Of a DNA stretch of 64,000 nucleotides, positions 24,115 to 36,799 are shown piece after piece (the first letter of the stretch is position 1; each line of letters opens with the position of its first letter). The stretch covers positions 3,968,001 to 4,032,000 of the forward strand of contig OZ361258.1 of assembly GCA_977018835.1 (NCBI GenBank), read 5' to 3'. This DNA comes from Minutocellus sp. GHC0000111 (taxonomy: Eukaryota). The translations under genes were made by a program, and so were the position numbers. Under the pieces are notes generated by a model that had not been told where the DNA came from, made no database searches, and was given only the letters and a program-made list of their open reading frames with translations.

Positions 24115-24445
24115 TGTTAGATCCCTGCCTTGTTCGAGCAGATGCCTTCTTTGTTATTATTTACATCTGCGTAACTGTGTTCGTAACTGCCTAGCTACGT
24201 AGTTAGCAATGTCCCCAACGGCGACGACAAGGTTTTCCTGCTGTAACACTCCTGGCACCGCCCTGCTCAACCAAATCTTCGAATAAGAGGAGGAGGTCGC
24301 ATAGCCGAGCCAATTGCCATAATTGTCAATACAGCAATGCAAAAAAGAGATGAAGAGTGCGATGCGCATCTTTTGTACTTATGCCCCTTATTAGTTTCCT
24401 ATGCGTGATTTCGGGGATTAGTAGTGTCCCATAACCTGTTGCGAC

Positions 24446-25558
24446 ATGCTCCCTCATACTACGTATTGGCTGCCTGGACTGAGTCGTCGAGTCGAGTCGA
24501 AGATGAGTTGTCGGAGGGCACGTTACAGAGCTTTCAGTATAATCATTTCGTTTGTAGGCCTTCCGCAGCAAGGATGTGGACTTGCTACCTCGCCGCCGAG
24601 CAGCGGCAGGATGCCTCCCTTACAGCAAAATCATGCACAAGCCTATGGCGCAAGACGAAATCATCCCACAGCTTTTGACGAACGCCCGCCATTCAAAGGA
24701 CCTCTGTCATTGGAAAATCTATCGTCTCCCGACCTTCATCGTCATCGTATAAAAAGATATTATGAGGACCCTAGCAACAGTTTGCAGTTGCCGAAATATG
24801 ATCGTCCCCCCGAGCTCGAGGTTTCGTCGTCCACAGAAATTATTCTCAAGGCAATTGTAGACCATCTGGCCTTTACCGATGCACCGGTAGATGCAAAAGA
24901 GGTTGCCGAAAGTGTTGAATTCTATCTTCGATCAGCGAAGCGATTGCTAGGAGCCGCAAAGAGAATAAACAAGTCATCGTCAGACAGTGTAGATGGGGAT
25001 GCATGTGTCATTGTTCAAGACTTATGCTGTGGGCATGTCTTGACAGGTATGCTATTTTCAGCATGCAATCCGCAAAGATCATCAAAGTCACCAAAAGTCA
25101 CAGTGGCGCTTGTTGATAGATTTGAACCGCCATCTCATCGGCAATTGAGAGAAACCATCGCCGAAGTATGCCCGTGGGTAAGGGGCGAAGATGTCATCAG
25201 ATATGTACCATCGACACTTGACGCATACTTCCAGGAAAGCGAAAGCAACAAGGTAAACGATGGTTCAACTTGTGCATCGGTTATGATTTCCACCCACGCT
25301 TGTGGCTCCCTGACGGACGATGTATTACAATATGCAATCGATAGTGAATCAGCTGCGATCGCAGTGATGCCTTGTTGCTACACTGGGACAGCCAAGGGAA
25401 CTCCGTATGGAATACGGCGTGCCCTTGGCGTGAGCATGGCGGCCGATGTGAGGCGAAGTTTCTTCTTGCAAGAATACGGATATCATGTTGACTGGGCAAC
25501 TATTCCAATAGAAGTGACGCCAATGAATAGAATCATTGTCGCTGAAAGAAGGAAATAA
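24446..25558 (+). CDS. SAM-dependent methyltransferase (Methyltransf_32-like)
   Basis: Intact 370-aa ORF with motif I VQDLCCGH, STHACGSLTD, AVMPCCY and C-terminal TPMNRIIV. Start codon uncertain. Confidence 0.75.
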   Translation: MLPHTTYWLPGLSRRVESKMSCRRARYRAFSIIISFVGLPQQGCGLATSPPSSGRMPPLQQNHAQAYGARRNHPTAFDERPPFKGPLSLENLSSPDLHRHRIKRYYEDPSNSLQLPKYDRPPELEVSSSTEIILKAIVDHLAFTDAPVDAKEVAESVEFYLRSAKRLLGAAKRINKSSSDSVDGDACVIVQDLCCGHVLTGMLFSACNPQRSSKSPKVTVALVDRFEPPSHRQLRETIAEVCPWVRGEDVIRYVPSTLDAYFQESESNKVNDGSTCASVMISTHACGSLTDDVLQYAIDSESAAIAVMPCCYTGTAKGTPYGIRRALGVSMAADVRRSFFLQEYGYHVDWATIPIEVTPMNRIIVAERRK

Positions 25559-26142
25559 AATATGTTTGCGTTGTTGTGCTGTTCATGGGAGAGATTGGAT
25601 CAAATCACAGCCAGCCACAGTCCATTGCGAATCAGCAAACTAATAATCCACGTCTTATTCTCGAGGCCAAGCGCTTTATTAGAAGTTGCTATTAGTTGAA
25701 CTCCCGTCGTGTGATTCAATCGATGTTTTGCTCCCATTTCATTCCTCCTCCCTGCCGCTCATTCAGTGCAGCAGCACGCACTCGACTCGTGATCCACACG
25801 GTACGTCCAGCGAAATTTCATCCGTCCGTCGTCCGTGTTTGAATCATGACGCGACGCGAAAGACCAAACGATGAACAACCTGCCGCTCTCTCTACTAGAA
25901 GTAGAGACCAGCTCTTGGTTATGAATACCGTCGAACAAATACGTGCGACGAACGATGCGCTGATTGAGTTGCACTGCTGTTTCACTCGAACATGGTGTTG
26001 TAGACTTGGGAGATGCGAAAACGGCTAACGTCAATAAGCTTGAGGCATACCTTTTATGGTTGATGGACCGTCTCTCGCCCAGTCGATGAATAAATTCATT
26101 TCCTCTCTGCTACCCGCCAACCCAACCATCCCAGGTTCCAGT

Positions 26143-27127
26143 ATGTTTGCGATAGTAGCACTCATTTTGTGCACCCCCCTGCCAGTTTGTCAAGCACAAC
26201 TGCATGCATCATTTTTCACATCCGCTCACTCATGTGACGACTTGGCCGACGAGGTGGGCCAGCTTGCAGAGGCTGGCCGATTGTCCCTGGCACGTTCCAA
26301 TGCAGCCAAAATTGTAGCCGAACGTCCAGATTGTGAAAAGAATGTTGCTCGGCGATATGTTGAGGCAGCTGATATAGTGCTTGCAAGTTGGCCACTTGGA
26401 CGTACTGGTAGCGAGGAAGCCTGCGTAGACAAATCTCATGTGGCTGAACCTCTCCCCATGCTGCAGGTCGAGCCTCAACGTCACCTCGACAGTTTGCATG
26501 ATATGAAGCCTTACGAACACAAACCTTGTTGGTATGGCAACGACGATTTAAGTTCCGCAGCTGAAAGATGGGATTTGTGCTGTAGTGGATATCGAGTTGG
26601 GCGCAGGCATTGGCGCGTCAAGTGTTGCTCTATCTCTCTTCTTGCAACGCATTCTAAAAGAAGTGACGGAAGAACCTTTGGGCCCTGCGCAAAATCGTGC
26701 ACTTGTCATGGCAACCGATACTGCCAAACATGCACTGGCATTGGCAAAAGCAAATGTCGAGAGAAACAATGCTCGGATTGGCTTATCTTATCTAGATTAC
26801 AACAACCGGACTGAGTTGGAGCAAATTGCACAAAAATAGGGGCAGTTTCAGATGGTGATTGGATCTTCATTGCAGGCTTTCTTCGACGGAACAAATGACT
26901 CAAAAGCTCCAGTCTGGGCTGCGCTTGATATTTTGCTTGATCGTAGCAATCGTAATGCAATTGCCATATTTTCCCACACGCGCTCAGAACCCATCGAGCA
27001 ACCGAGCAACGCTAGTTTTCGATTGTTGAGACGGATATCGGGCGACGACTTCAATATGAAAACGAGGTCAGGGGAATCGTCTGATTTCGAGCTTAGCTTG
27101 TTTGTTTGTTCGAAATTGAACGTCTAG
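26143..27127 (+). pseudogene. Disrupted METTL21/Methyltransf_16-like methyltransferase with signal peptide
   Basis: Signal-like MFAIVALILCTPLPVCQA. Frame change near 26585-26590 into IELGAGIG..VMATD..LAKANVERN..LDY. In-frame TAG at 26837-26839, then GQFQMVIGSSLQ to the stop at 27127. May be assembly damage rather than a true pseudogene. Confidence 0.55.
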
Positions 27128-27312
27128 AGTGCTAGAGAGGGATATTCAGAAAAATATGTGTACGACTCGTAGGTAGATCTAGGTATTTGTAGAATCTCGA
27201 CATAGGATTCGTTCCAACAATCACCTAACTCGCCTACTAGTGACATTCTTTGCTGATTTGTAATATATCTAAATTATATGTAATGTCTAATACTAAAACG
27301 AGCAACATAGAA

Positions 27313-29655
27313 TCATGTTTCGGAAGATGATCGTCGGAACGACGTTGATGATCTTGGTTTAGGCTGCTTTTCGCCTTTGCCTCCAATGGATATGTAACCA
27401 AGGCTGCCGAAGGAGCCAGAACGACGACGCATGCCGGTCAATCCAGTGCCCGATCCGGATTTCTGCTTACTATCCTGTTCATGCTGATAACGAAGGTTCG
27501 ACGAAAAGGATCGGTGCATTGATATCTTGTTGGTGTTGCTACCATTGTCATGGGGTTCAGTGTGGACGATAACAGCAGGCAAGCTCTGAATGCTGGTGTG
27601 GCATTCATCCTGGAAGTAGTCTTCTCGAAGACGACCCTGCGCCTTTTCTTCCTGCTGGCCCATGTGATGCAAATCAACATTGATGTCGAGAGAAATGTCG
27701 TCCTCGTCATAAATGTCGTCCTCGAAGATCGACCCAAGGCTGCTTCCCGGTCGGCCGGTGCTACCATTTAGGGACCTTTCGGAATTACGACGTCTGGTGG
27801 CGGGGGTATTGTCGTCGTCGTTTAGCTTTTCAGTCCACTGCTGACCGAGGGATGCGAGGGCCACCGATGAGTCCACGTCCTCGGTACATGTAGATTCTTG
27901 TTGATGATCTTCAAAGACAACATCACTGGGTTTCTTCTCGGCCCCATTTCTCCATGGGTGGTTCTTGAACGGCTGATCGTTGGCCGGCATTGGTGACCTC
28001 GAACGGGTACGACTGCTACTTCGAGTAGTTGTCAATGTTGTGGAGGATGCCTTCTCCTCTTCGACGAGGCCTTGGTATAGATTCCTCATCGACCTCGATG
28101 CCATCGACCTGGTGTCGTCCACAATATCAAGCAATATTTGCTTCGCCTTTCTGGCGTTGTGACCATTCCCTCCCTCGTCCTCGTCGCTGACGCTATCGTA
28201 GCTATCATCTTCCAAGCGAGCGGGGAGGCTGCTACGCTTGGTGGATGGTGCATCTTCATCATGCATAGAAATGGAATCGCAAGGTGGCTGGTGGGGGAGG
28301 CTACTGCGCTTCATCTTGATGTTGGAAGATGTTTCCGGAGAGACGGCGACAGCTTCCTGCTGATGATCCTGAAGATGAACACTGAGCAAATCTTTGTCCT
28401 TCTTGAGCTGGAGGTTTTCCGTCTCGAGCAGGATGATGCGATTCCTCAACTCGGCCTCGACGTTTCTGAAATCGACCTGCTTCTTTTGCTCCAACTCCAA
28501 ACGACGTTCCATGGCGATGAGGTCATTTCGTAGGTCGTGAAGAAGTTGAGGAGACACGTCGATGCTCTTCTGGCTGGTACCACTGTCGGCGGGATGGTCG
28601 AGGACGATCGAGGTGTCCAAGCTACTACGCCTCTGGGATCGATGGTGCCGATCGATGGTATCGCCCACGCTCTGGATGCGCTCTGTGAGCCTGGATACCT
28701 CGAGGGTCTTCTCCTCGAGCCGGGTGGTGAGGGCACAGTTGCGCTCCTGGAGACGCTTCACCTCGGAAACGGCCGCCTCGGCCATCTTCCTCGTCTCCAT
28801 CAGGACACTGCCCAGCCTGTGGCTGCGCTGCTGCTCTGCCTCGAGGTCGGTGAGATGCTGCTTTTGGCTCGTTTTTGTCACCAGATTGGGCTTGTTGGCG
28901 GCATGATAAGACCGGGTAGTGCTTCTAGTAGAGTTTTCGGCGCCTCGGACAGCCCTCAGAGAGGTTATTGTACTCGACCTCGTCTGCCTTCGTGCTGGTA
29001 CAGATCCAGGCAAGGGAGTCGAAGCCACACGACGGAGACTCGCACGCGCTGCATTCGTAGGAGCCGAAGAAGGTAGAGGCAGATCAAGGATTGCCGACGG
29101 CTCGCCGAGGCTGGATACGTCGTCATCAGCGACGGAAAAGTACGCCGCGGTACATGCATTGTTGTTGTTGGAAATGTTGGCGTCTCTGGAACTTCCGTCG
29201 CCGCTGCCGCTGTTACTACCGGTGCTGGTGTTGGTCTTGGTCGATACGGTGGCTTCTGTCGCGGCATGTGTGATGCCGATGAATCGCGGGACGGTGCTGC
29301 TGCTGTTATTCGAGGACTCACGTCGTCTTGACGATGACCGCTTCGACCTGGACTTGGACCGGGACGTCGACGAGCCTCGGCGGCGAGATTTCGAAGGTTT
29401 GTCACCGTTGGACGACCGCCGCTCGAAAACCTCGATGGTCGTGGGTATGACCTCGATGGTTTGGCTGCTATCGCCACTGCGACGGTCACTGATCGTAGGG
29501 TTCTTGCTCGTCTTTTGCGGATGATCACGAATATTCCTGCCCTCTCCCTGGACATCCGTAAGGATCCTGTCCATCTTGGTGCTGGTGCTGATGTCTGGCG
29601 TCGCACTGCTTCCAGCGACGGCGCTTCCGTTTTGAATGTTGCCGCTGCTGCACAT
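27313..29655 (-). CDS. Coiled-coil, Ser/Arg-rich protein of unknown function (paralogue of 39234-40580)
   Basis: 780-aa intact ORF with two heptad segments and motifs shared with the downstream paralogue. Confidence 0.75.
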   Translation of the reverse strand: MCSSGNIQNGSAVAGSSATPDISTSTKMDRILTDVQGEGRNIRDHPQKTSKNPTISDRRSGDSSQTIEVIPTTIEVFERRSSNGDKPSKSRRRGSSTSRSKSRSKRSSSRRRESSNNSSSTVPRFIGITHAATEATVSTKTNTSTGSNSGSGDGSSRDANISNNNNACTAAYFSVADDDVSSLGEPSAILDLPLPSSAPTNAARASLRRVASTPLPGSVPARRQTRSSTITSLRAVRGAENSTRSTTRSYHAANKPNLVTKTSQKQHLTDLEAEQQRSHRLGSVLMETRKMAEAAVSEVKRLQERNCALTTRLEEKTLEVSRLTERIQSVGDTIDRHHRSQRRSSLDTSIVLDHPADSGTSQKSIDVSPQLLHDLRNDLIAMERRLELEQKKQVDFRNVEAELRNRIILLETENLQLKKDKDLLSVHLQDHQQEAVAVSPETSSNIKMKRSSLPHQPPCDSISMHDEDAPSTKRSSLPARLEDDSYDSVSDEDEGGNGHNARKAKQILLDIVDDTRSMASRSMRNLYQGLVEEEKASSTTLTTTRSSSRTRSRSPMPANDQPFKNHPWRNGAEKKPSDVVFEDHQQESTCTEDVDSSVALASLGQQWTEKLNDDDNTPATRRRNSERSLNGSTGRPGSSLGSIFEDDIYDEDDISLDINVDLHHMGQQEEKAQGRLREDYFQDECHTSIQSLPAVIVHTEPHDNGSNTNKISMHRSFSSNLRYQHEQDSKQKSGSGTGLTGMRRRSGSFGSLGYISIGGKGEKQPKPRSSTSFRRSSSET

Positions 29656-30592
29656 TTGATCGATCTGATGGTATTTCTGTATCTCTTCGTTTCGACGAGG
29701 GCGGATGTCACGAAAGAGGATTGAATAATTGTTGGAAATTGTAAATGATTTTTTTTGGACTCGACTTGTGCTACACGCAGAGCTGCTCTCGCTAGTAGCC
29801 AGTACTGAAGTACCCTACTTTCGACTGTGATGATCGAAAAGTTCTCGTCTCGCGTCCAACCTCCACTGCAAGATGCGAATGTGCAATGAGATTCGGTTGG
29901 CGGTGAATCGAATTGGAGTATTCTGGTGAGTATAATTTTTTCGATGGATATTGTTTTTCCGTCGACCAGGCAGAAAAAAAAGTATGAAACTGTGAATGAA
30001 CTTTTTGGGGGGAGGATTGGCAGCGCGCGGCGATCTTGTTCTCGGCTTTTGATCTGTCTGGTCTCTGTCGACGATGCAATGGTTCTGTGCCTCTTCCTGT
30101 ATCCAGCACTGCAGGTAAAACAAGAATGTGCGATGAGACTTGCTCCTGTTGCCCTGCCGGACACTCGTGGATGGTTGCAATTGTGCGATGAGCCAGCCTC
30201 CCGGTGCGGGCCGGCAGCGCGTCAGAGCAGCAGCAGCAAAACGGCCGCCGCCACCGCGCAACCAGCGCAGCTGCTGCCGATCTGACACATTTGAGATGCC
30301 CCCCTGGCCCCTTTCTGTGACTGCGTCGTCAGATGGCGGCATGGCCAGGCAATTGAATAAAAGCAAAATGGAAAGTCCGAGACCCGACATTTCTGCCTCG
30401 ACGGTGTTTATCACCCTCAAGAGTACGTTTTCTGCCACTCGAGCATGCATCGTTTCGGCTGGGTGAGCATGACGTGTCGGGACCAAATCCAAAACCAGCC
30501 CGAAAAAGCGCTGCTGCGCGCTGCTGCTCTGCGCACATTGGAACATGGCATTTCCATCCTTTGAGCAAGGCAGCTGGTGGGGCCTACTGCTC

Positions 30593-30685
30593 CGCGCGTC
30601 TCTTATCCTCTGTAAGTCGACCGTCACCTACCTTACGCGCGTCTCTTATCCTCTGTAAGTCGACCGTCACCTACCTTACGCGCGT
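30593..30685. repeat. 43-bp exact tandem duplication upstream of Vps54
   Basis: CGCGCGTCTCTTATCCTCTGTAAGTCGACCGTCACCTACCTTA at 30593-30635 and 30636-30678, plus 7 bp of a third copy. Confidence 0.92.
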
Positions 30686-31039
30686 GAGTGCAGTGTGGTG
30701 GGTGGGTTCACGCGCCGATCGCTAGCTAGGGCACAGCAGGGTATTATACAGCAGCACACTGCTCTTTCGTGGCAAGGAACGGCGCACCGAGGGGGGGGGG
30801 AAGAAAAACAGCGGCGTTTCAATTATTAATTTTTTGCGAGCCGTTCCGTTGAGAACGATACTGTGACGATAAGGTGCGTGTGGGAAGTCGACATATCGAG
30901 ATATCGAGATTGCAATCCCGTGGTCATCGAACTGGTGGTCCAGACATCAATCGAGCTGCCCCGTGTCATTTCACAAGGTTGGGTTGCTTCATTCTGGCCG
31001 GGGTGCGAGGACATCGGGAACTGAAATTGTTTCATCGCA

Positions 31040-34000
31040 ATGTCGACGACACCGGCGGCGCATCCGTCGGCCCGCCCGCCGCGGTCTGCTTCTGGTGGTT
31101 CTGCTGCACAAATCAATGGAAATGAAAATAGAAATGGAAGTGGAAATGGCACAACTACCAGCACAGCTAACAATACACCGACGCCGACCCCCGGCAAGAT
31201 GACCGCGTACATCCCCTCGGCGCGGCAGTCGGCCCGCTCGGCGGCTTTGTCGGAAGCAGCGGCCGTCCTGCAATCGCCCGGTCTGACCCGAGGCACCGAC
31301 GAGCGCGATTATCTCAACAGTTTCAATTTATTGAGCGTCGTGAGCAATCCCCGGGCCGGTGCCGGCCTTTGGGGCGACGTCCATGCCGCCACCGCTAGCA
31401 GCGGCCACGGTGCTGCCGCCGGTAGCAGTCATGGTGCTGCAGGAGATGCCGCAAATCCAACCGCTCCAAGCATTGGCGATGGCACACCCGCAACCAACCC
31501 CAACGCGGTGGCCACCTCGGCCCTCTCGGCCGCCACGGGCCTCTCCCTCTCCGCCCTGGCACCCTTGACGGACGTCGAGGAGACCATCGCCGAGGGCCTG
31601 CACGATCTCTCCACAACCATCAACACGGTCAACACGTACTTTTCCACCATCTCCTCCTACTCTCTCGGAAACAGCATCCTCCCGCCCCTCCCCGGCACGT
31701 CGGACGACGATCCCTTCGGGTTGGGGGGAGAGTACATGGAATACGAGGGATTGGAGGAGCTGGGGGAGGGACACATGACGGCCCAATTGTTGCCGGAGGA
31801 GCTGCGGGAGGAATTGCGCGGTGTCGATCTGGCCACGGTGGAGGCATATCTGCGGAGATGTGGCGGGTTGGCATGGAGGTTCGACAGCCGCAGGGGGGAG
31901 AGCGAATTGATCAACGTCGGGGATGGACCTGGTGGTGGTAGTGCTACTGCTGTTGTTGGCGGTGGTGGCAATTCCGCCAAGAACTTGGCCGGCGAAATGG
32001 ACATGGAGAGGGCCGTGGAAGATGGCGATGATGACGAGGAGGAGGAGAAGAAGGACCAAAAGGAGGACGGCAAAGGCAAATACGACCAGGGCAGTGCTGC
32101 TGCTGTTGGGGACGACGACGGCGACGACGATCCGACCAACGACGTGCCGGACATCTTCTTCAGCCCGTACTTCGATCTGACCGATCCGCATACCTTTGAA
32201 AGTCTGCTGGTTATGGACGAGGAAGAAGACAACATTGGCGGCAATACTGCTGGTACCGCCGTTCCTGCCGCTACCACCGCCGCTACGAACGGCAATGATG
32301 AAACGGATCCGAATCTCATGACGATCCACCCGACGGAATCCCTCTCCTCCCACCTCGACGCCATCGAGCTGGCCCTGCTCAACCAGGTCCGATCCAAATC
32401 GTCCTCCTTCTTCCGCGAGACCAACCGCTTCTCCTACCTGCAGCACCAGGTGGCCGAGTGCGTCGCGGAGGTCCGTTCCCTCCGCGCGTCGCTGGGCAAC
32501 GTCAAGGAACGGACCGTCACTGACGTCGAGCTGATCCCCATCATGGACCGCAAGAGACAGGAGCTGCGGCTGCTCGGGGCCGTCTTGGACGAGGGCAGCG
32601 TGGCCGGGCTGATCGCCGCCGGGGACTACGTGGGCGCCGTGGCGGCCATTCGCAATGCCCGGAGCTTGCTCCGGGGCGACAAGAAGAAGAACAACAACAA
32701 CAACAAGGACAAGGAGGACAATGCCAAGGAATCTGGGGAGGACGAAAAGACGATGGAGGAGGACGACGATGGCGACGATACCAATATGACCCCGACCGAG
32801 AGGGCGGAGAAGGAGGCGGCCGAGGCGGCGCTGAATTTCCCCCTCTCGCGCCTGGCGGCCATGTCCAAGGTGGATGATCAGCTCAACCAGTACGAAGAGC
32901 TTGTGGTAAATGATCTCGCCAACGAGCTCGTAGAGACCTTTCTTTCATGGGAAAATGGGTCGTCGTCATCTTCCAACACTGCGTCTCTCCTGTCCAGTCC
33001 CTTTTCGTTGAGCGGCGGCGTTGGGAGACGATCGAGGACGCGAGAGATCGTGCACGCCCTGTCGCTGTGCCAGAAGCTTGGATATGCCGCCGATCTTTAC
33101 AAGACGAAGCTGAGCGACGTGGTGCGGGTGACCGTCCGTACCACCGTCACCGAATGTGCGGCCGATGCCCTGGCGGAGCTGGAGCGGACGAAGAACAGCA
33201 AGAAAATCTAGGCCACCGCTACCGAGGGTGGCGACAAGCCCAGTCAGGGGAAATCATCTGTTACGGCCGGCGTTACTTCCATGACGTTTGATCAGTTTCT
33301 TAGCTGTCTCGATATGCTCTTCGAACAGATCTTGTCTCTACTCAAAGGTGCCGTCGGGGTCTCCAAATTCCTTCGAGAGGAAGGTATTGTTCTCAAGGAC
33401 GAGCCAGTTGTTGGTGAGGCCAATGAAGGAGCGAAGGGTGCGAGTGTAGGCGGTGCAAAGACAACTACTACAGCTCTTACTGCAGCGGCGGACCTTTCCC
33501 ATAAATCGATTTCAGAGTTATTGCGATTGCGGAAGGAATCGCATAGCTTGATTACTTTTGACGAAATGAAACGATTGTGGGATACTTGCCTCAGCTTCAC
33601 TCTATCGATCGAGAAGTTCTCTGGTCAAAAGGCATATGGTCTTCGATCAACCTTGCTGACTCAAGCCAAGGCCTTTGTGGAGCGCCGTCATGAGGCGAAT
33701 ATGGCAAGTCTCGTCTCTGCGCTCGATGGTGAGCGATGGAACCAGTGCGATGTCAGCTCGGAACGCCAAGCAGCCCTCGAAAGACTGTGTTCTGGAAGAG
33801 CCGTGCTTTCTGGCCAGGGTACCATCGATGTCGCTACCGGTGCTCCGTCATCTACTTCAGCCACTACCGCTCGTCCCGAGGGAGCCAAGCTCGCTGAGGC
33901 AGACGTAGAGGGCAAACGGTACAAGGTCGTATGGTCGTGCCTACTCCTGGTGGAGATGGTCATGTCTAATGTCGCATGTGCGGCACATTTCCAGACCCTT

Positions 34001-35371
34001 TCTACCAATGTAGTAGGAAAAGTATGCGAGTTACTTCGATTATTCAATTCTCGGACGACGCAGCTCGTCCTTGGCGCCGGCGCAATTCATTCGGCGGCTC
34101 GTCTCAAGTCAATCAACGCCAAGCATCTTAGTATCGTAACTCAGTGTCTGGGTCTCGTTGTGACTATTCTTCCTCACGTTCGCGCGGCCCTCGTGGCTCA
34201 GCTTCCGTCGAAGCAACACAGCCTTCTGCTCGAGCTCGACAAGATAAAGAAGGAATATGGTGAGCACAACGAGAAGGTTCTTGCCAAGCTCGTGAGCATC
34301 ATCGGCGGTATCATTGAACGAGGCCTCGCCCCACGCATCGCCAAAATTGATTTCGACGCCCGAGCAAAGTCCATGCCCACCCCATCGATTGAAGAAGTAA
34401 ATGGTGCAAACTATGAGAACTCGGTCACTTGTTGCCAGTTCCTCGATGGGATATCTGTCAATGCACGCAAGATGCACCAGGTTCTGGTTGCCCTTCTCCC
34501 TCCCGAAGACCTGATTGATGTATTCTCGCGAATTTTCGCGTATGTGGATACCAAGGTTCCAGTACTATTCCTCGCCGCCGCCGCCGCGGAGGGAGACAAA
34601 CAGACTGTAGCGGCTGCAAAGGCCGCGGCAGATGCCGCGTCTCAACGGGCTCGGCAAGGTGGTGGAACCGTCGTTGCTCTTCCTCCGCAGCCAGGCCCGG
34701 CCTTTCATATGCCGAAAACCAAAGAGGGCAAGTTACGGATGATCCTCGAAGTGGATAGCATGTCAAAGACACTGAATCGTTTGCCAAATGTGCAGCCGTG
34801 GGATTTTACTGCAGTCCGTGTTCTCGAACGAGAACTCGATGTCGAGTTCAACCTCAATTCCGGCCCATCCGACTCAGCAGGGGATATCTCCGAAGCTTCC
34901 GAGGAACATCCTTCTTCTCGAGATGATACCATGCAAACAGAAGAGCAACAGGAGCCACCCGAGCAAGATGGTGAAGGCCTTCCCGACGAAGGGGGTACTC
35001 CCGCGGTGAAAGATGGCGAAGAAGAAGTACAAGAAGAAGAAGAGCCCCCTACTCCTGTTGCGAAGGAAGATGGTGAGGTCGGTCCTACTTCGGACACTGT
35101 AGATGCTACCGTTGACCAAGGAGAGGGCACGGATACGGCCGCAGAGCCAAGCAGTTTGGAGAATGGCGGATCTTCTGCTGCAGTCGAAGCCGATAATAAT
35201 GTGGGAGAAATAGCAACAGATAATCTTCCAGAAATGGAGGTAATGCCTGCAACACCTGATGCTCCTACTGGAGTTAACAGTGCCGAGCCTCCTCTTCCTA
35301 GCGAGGTACCAATGGCCGAGAACTCAACATCCATGGAACAACCGTCAGAAGACGACGACGGCGATAGCTAA
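31040..35371 (+). CDS. VPS54: GARP complex subunit Vps54-like protein, interrupted by one in-frame TAG
   Basis: ORFs 31040-33211 and 33281-35371 share a frame, separated only by TAG at 33209-33211. Motifs VPDIFFSPYFDL, LSSHLDAIELALLNQV..SSSFF, LDGERWNQCDV, LLRLFNSRTTQLVLGAGA..LKSINAKHL. Confidence 0.88.
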
Positions 35372-35503
35372 TGAATAGCTTATGTCTAGCTACGTAACAC
35401 TACCGTGGTATACGACCGTATCGGGCATCGTTGAATTGTTATTTTTATTCCCCTATGTATGTAATTTTGTGTATACTCTAGTATTTTTGCTCAACAACAG
35501 AGA

Positions 35504-36799
35504 TCACCGCATTATGCCGCCCTCCCCGTCCCTTTCGATCTTGACCTGCTTGTGTCGCTTGTGGTGCTTCTTCTGTTCCTCTTGAATTGGCGGGCCCAGC
35601 TTACCGGTAATGATCTCAATCTCCTTCAGAGGCGGTGCATCGGTTTTGCGACGATGGGGATCGATGGTTGATCTAGAGGTCGTAGGGCTGTCGATGGGAG
35701 AGGGCGGCTTCACGACCATGTCTTGGAATTTGTGGTCGGCAGCGATATCGAGGATGGAGGTCAAAAGTTCTTTTTCTTCAGCATCGTCCAGAGTAACCCT
35801 AGGCCACGGCTGGATGTGGTGCCGGTGATGACGGTGGCGGTTGTCCCTGTGCAGCCTCCCCTCGTCCTTGGTGCTATTCGTAGGCCTAGTATGATCAGGT
35901 CGATCGTGGTGCTGCTTCTCAGCCTGTCCATGCGCACCGAGCTTGGTGGCATTGTATTCACTCCTGACCTTCTCAAGTTGCTCCTCGGTGGTGTTGAGCT
36001 GATTGGCAAGGCCCTGAATGAAGGCGGACCCATCCTCGACGACCTTGTGCAGCTTGCCCTGCATCTTTTCCACCTTAGTGCGTTGTTGCTCGGTCTCGGC
36101 CTTGGCTTCCTTCAGTTCCGAGGTCAACCTGGCAACGTCCTTGATGAAATCGTCGGCAATTGCCTCGTGCTGCCGGATCTGTTCGGTGGCATCGCGCAGC
36201 TTTTCCTCCCAAACTGCCTTGTCTTGCTCGGCGGTCAGTCGTAGGGCCATGTTTTCACTAGCCAGGTTAGTGTTCTCGAATTCGACGCTTGCCAGCTGGG
36301 CCTTGAGGTAGGATATCTCCTCATCCTTGACCTCCACGAGATCTCGCAATTTCCTGCTGCGTGCCTTATTTTTTTCGATACTACTACCCATGCTTTAGCT
36401 TGCAGATTGATGGGACGAATCTGCATCGGTCGAACTGCTGCTTGTGCATGTGGTGGAGGATGTAGTGGACCGTTCTGTGAGGCCACGTGGCTTGGCGGGA
36501 TTTGTAGGCTGGGATGTAGGCTTTGGAGTATTTGTAGGCCGAAGTGAATTGTTGGAAGTAATCGGAACGTATCTGTTCTTATGGTGCAGTTGTATCTTTG
36601 TGCTTTCATTATTGTTCGCAGTGCTGCTGCTGACGCTGGGCCGATGACTCATGATGTCTCGAAGCGACGAGGAAAGCTTGATGGAGCGACGATGGCCGCT
36701 GCCGCTCGAAGGTATTGATGTTCCTGATGATGGCATCGAAGAAGAATGTAGACGAAAATCGGAAGCTTCTTTTTTCAATGCAGAATGATGTTTCGCCAT
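35504..36799 (-). CDS. Coiled-coil protein of unknown function, interrupted by one in-frame TAA
   Basis: ORFs 36799-36395 and 36391-35504 share a frame (..agc TAA agc ATG..). Long heptad region RKLRDLVEVKDEEI..EQLEKVR. Confidence 0.6.

Noticed and set aside
29792..30627. ORFs upstream of the 27313-29655 gene and in other divergent spacers (e.g. 4685-5282, 36609-37274)
   Set aside because: No coding-like composition or motifs; best read as promoter or UTR sequence.
20642..30685. 43-47 bp repeats as a possible CRISPR array
   Set aside because: Only two abutting copies each, no spacers, no cas genes, eukaryotic context.
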